DNA of 61,849 nt from Rhina ancylostomus (taxonomy: Eukaryota), in NCBI GenBank assembly GCA_030265395.1, contig JARFYF010000022.1:30938666-31000514 (forward strand). The letters are read 5' to 3'. Position numbers and translations under genes: made by a program. The notes beneath the pieces were generated by a model. That model was not told the origin of the DNA and did no database searches. It saw only the letters and a program-made list of their open reading frames with translations. Of this stretch, positions 59,691 through 61,849 are shown in pieces (the first letter of the stretch is position 1; each line of letters begins with the position of its first letter).

Positions 59691-61285
59691 GAGGGATTAA
59701 TACCACTGGAACCTTCACATCCAAGCAATATAATTGGATTTCCCAATCACCCCCTACCGGGTTTAAAACATCAGTAACATCTGGTTGGGGGAAGGTGGTG
59801 GATGGGGATACTGAGATGGTGTTTAGAGAGTGTAATTGCAAAGATGAAATAAATCAGTAGAACTGGAACTTGTGGTCCCAAATTGTCTCAATTTCTCATG
59901 GCGAGTTCCGACTTGCAACAGGGTCTCACGCAATCGTAAAATATTGGTGGGGCCAGAAATATTGCCTACAAATGCACTAAGTAGATCACATGCTTTTAAC
60001 TGTATACTCTGAAAAAGTGGCCACCTGCCACCCAGGCACTGGACCTTTACCAATGGCCCAATTTCAACTGTTGAACAGTCAATTGTCTTTATATCCACTT
60101 TATTCCTGCCAGAATAACATTTGAAATAAAAGGAAAAACATTGATATAGTTACAAAGTTTATTAATAATCTTAAACTAAGTTACAAAATAATCTTGATGC
60201 TTGTTTCTTAAATTAAAACAAACTCTGGAGTATACATCTAATAAACCCAAGCATTTTTCAGTGCAGCATCTGACATCTATTTCTGAAGACACTGAAATGG
60301 TTATTTGTACTTGAAGACAATGCATACCAAATTACAAGCAATGTTTTCATCCATTTTTACAACTTATAGCACATTATATTATCACAAATAAGTATTTTTG
60401 CCAACTGAGCATTTCTTCACTGAGTGATGCTTATTGCTGACCAAAATATCATGCTCAATTCACTACTGAGTGGGCAGTCCACATGGTAAAAAAAAATGCA
60501 AACTCAAAAAGTTCCATTCTTTCTGACCTTTCATAGCATCATTACCCACACCCACTGCCAATTACTGCTCACTTGTTTTACAACAAAAGAAACCTGAGGG
60601 AAAAAAAAGTAGGCAATTCCTTTTTGAGTTCATGACAATAACAATAGCACAAACATGAGCAAGGAGGCAAGAAATGGGTTTAGGATGCAACACAGCTAGC
60701 CAGATTTTGCAATGATGTTAACAATGAAGTTAAAAGTGCCCGCTATTATTACAGGGTGCTTCCCAAAATTCTGACATTTGCACAAATGTTCTTCAATGTG
60801 GAAACCCAGAAGGTGTTTTGAGAAACCCCCTCTCCCCACCCACCCGACAGTATGCACTGTTGTTTGGTTGATGATATCACTGGAATGGTATGTACTCTGG
60901 GCACCGACTAAGTATTACACAAAAATATGGCAAAATAAAAGTTGGACTGATTTTAAGGAACAAACCAATTTTTAAAAAAAGTTTAATAAATGACAAAATT
61001 TTCACTGGACCAGAAACCTTTTCCAAGTGTGGAATCTTAGAAGGGAATTGACAGTAGTATTTACATAATTTTACTTGATACATCACCAGTCTCTCTCCTT
61101 CCTTTCTACATATTCCACTTTTATTTTTCTTCCTGTACATAATTTAATATTGTTTCTATCACTCAGGATGTACAAGTGTTTCCTAACCTAAGTCCTGAAA
61201 AGTCTAATTCAACTTTCAGGCCAAAACCTTCCCCTGCCGCCACCCACCCCACCAACTGTCTTAAACTCTCCAACTATAAAGAGTT

Positions 61286-61290
<5 letters not shown>

Positions 61291-61333
<43 letters not shown>
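61291..61333. repeat. (CT)n microsatellite, about 21 units
   Basis: Read directly from the sequence. Confidence 0.97.
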
Positions 61334-61335
<2 letters not shown>

Positions 61336-61404
61336 CATATTCAACCTGGATGCTAGTTAATACTTTAAAGATCTCATGTAAATTCCAAGGCACACAGTTT
61401 GATT

Positions 61405-61725
61405 AATCCTTGGAGTGCAAGTTTCATTCTGGTACTCCCTTCAAAGCCAGTAAATGTGGAGCCCAGAACTTTCAGCTGTGGCCTCACTACATCTTTCCCT
61501 GGAGATGGTGCAACTGTGCCCAGTTGTACTCCTGTTCAAGATACAAAGGTTAGTAGTCCATTAACCCTGATTACTTTAAATAACTGTCCATGACATGGAG
61601 GGATGTACATGGAACCCCACATCTCTCTGAATATTGACTGCTTCTAGGTTTAGATCATTTAAAAACTACTCTGTTGTCCAACATGGATGACCACATGTTT
61701 GTGTGCAGTAATCTATTTCTACTGT
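61405..61725 (-). mobile_element. Highly degraded CR1 ORF2 fragment
   Basis: ctgtggcctcac...gatgtacatggaaccccacatctctctg (RDLGV.VH-like on minus). Confidence 0.5.
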
Positions 61726-61755
61726 TTTGTCCCATCATCCAAATATATATACATA

Positions 61756-61849
61756 TTTTTTAATTTTTAAAATTTATTTACAGCGTGGTAACAGGCCCTT
61801 TCGGCCCAATGAGTCCACGCCGCCCAATTTAAACCCATATTAACCTACC
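61756..61849 (-). mobile_element. V-SINE 3' end (family of 14516 and 55075), truncated by the window edge
   Basis: Reverse complement of ggtaggttaatatgggtttaaattgggcggcgtggactcattgggccgaaagggcctgttaccacgctgtaaataaa. Confidence 0.9.

Larger units (their letters stand above)
18936..61849 (-). other. plekha7: 3' part of the large plekha7 intron upstream of the 84-nt exon
   Basis: No upstream WW exon (DLPRGWEEG-like) is recognisable in the 43 kb above the acceptor, so it probably lies beyond the window or in a gap. Confidence 0.75.

Noticed and set aside
1031-59746. Many long ORFs in the track that contain runs of X
   Set aside because: They are artefacts of reading through N gaps.

Overview
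AT-rich vertebrate genomic DNA from a gapped scaffold. The repeat landscape (CR1 LINEs, HE1-like V-SINEs, DeuSINEs, Penelope-like elements) points to a cartilaginous fish, probably a ray (inference). The window appears to lie inside plekha7 on the minus strand. Two coding exons are visible: 18852-18935 (HNQRATSFRHPVTGQISPENTEYILKEQ, end of WW2) and 159-270 (PNIHMSKQQKDQRPQSMVSETST...SK). They splice in frame across an 18.6 kb GT-AG intron. Everything above 18935 is the large upstream intron, and no earlier canonical exon was found. The rest is transposon debris (CR1, RTE, Rex1/Babar, L2-like, Tx1, Penelope-like, SINEs, Tigger-like MITEs, LTRs) and TE-poor unique sequence. The best leads are: (1) a disrupted, protein-like reading frame at about 27.5-28.0 kb that may be a decayed alternative first coding exon; (2) minimal hammerhead-ribozyme motifs in Penelope-like terminal repeats; (3) a 210-bp inverted templated duplication that copies a CR1/Rex junction; (4) a candidate internal promoter or first exon at about 10.8 kb. 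I see no evidence for a wholly new multi-gene system. TE boundaries are approximate unless a TSD or TIR is quoted, and family names come from recognition, not database searches.
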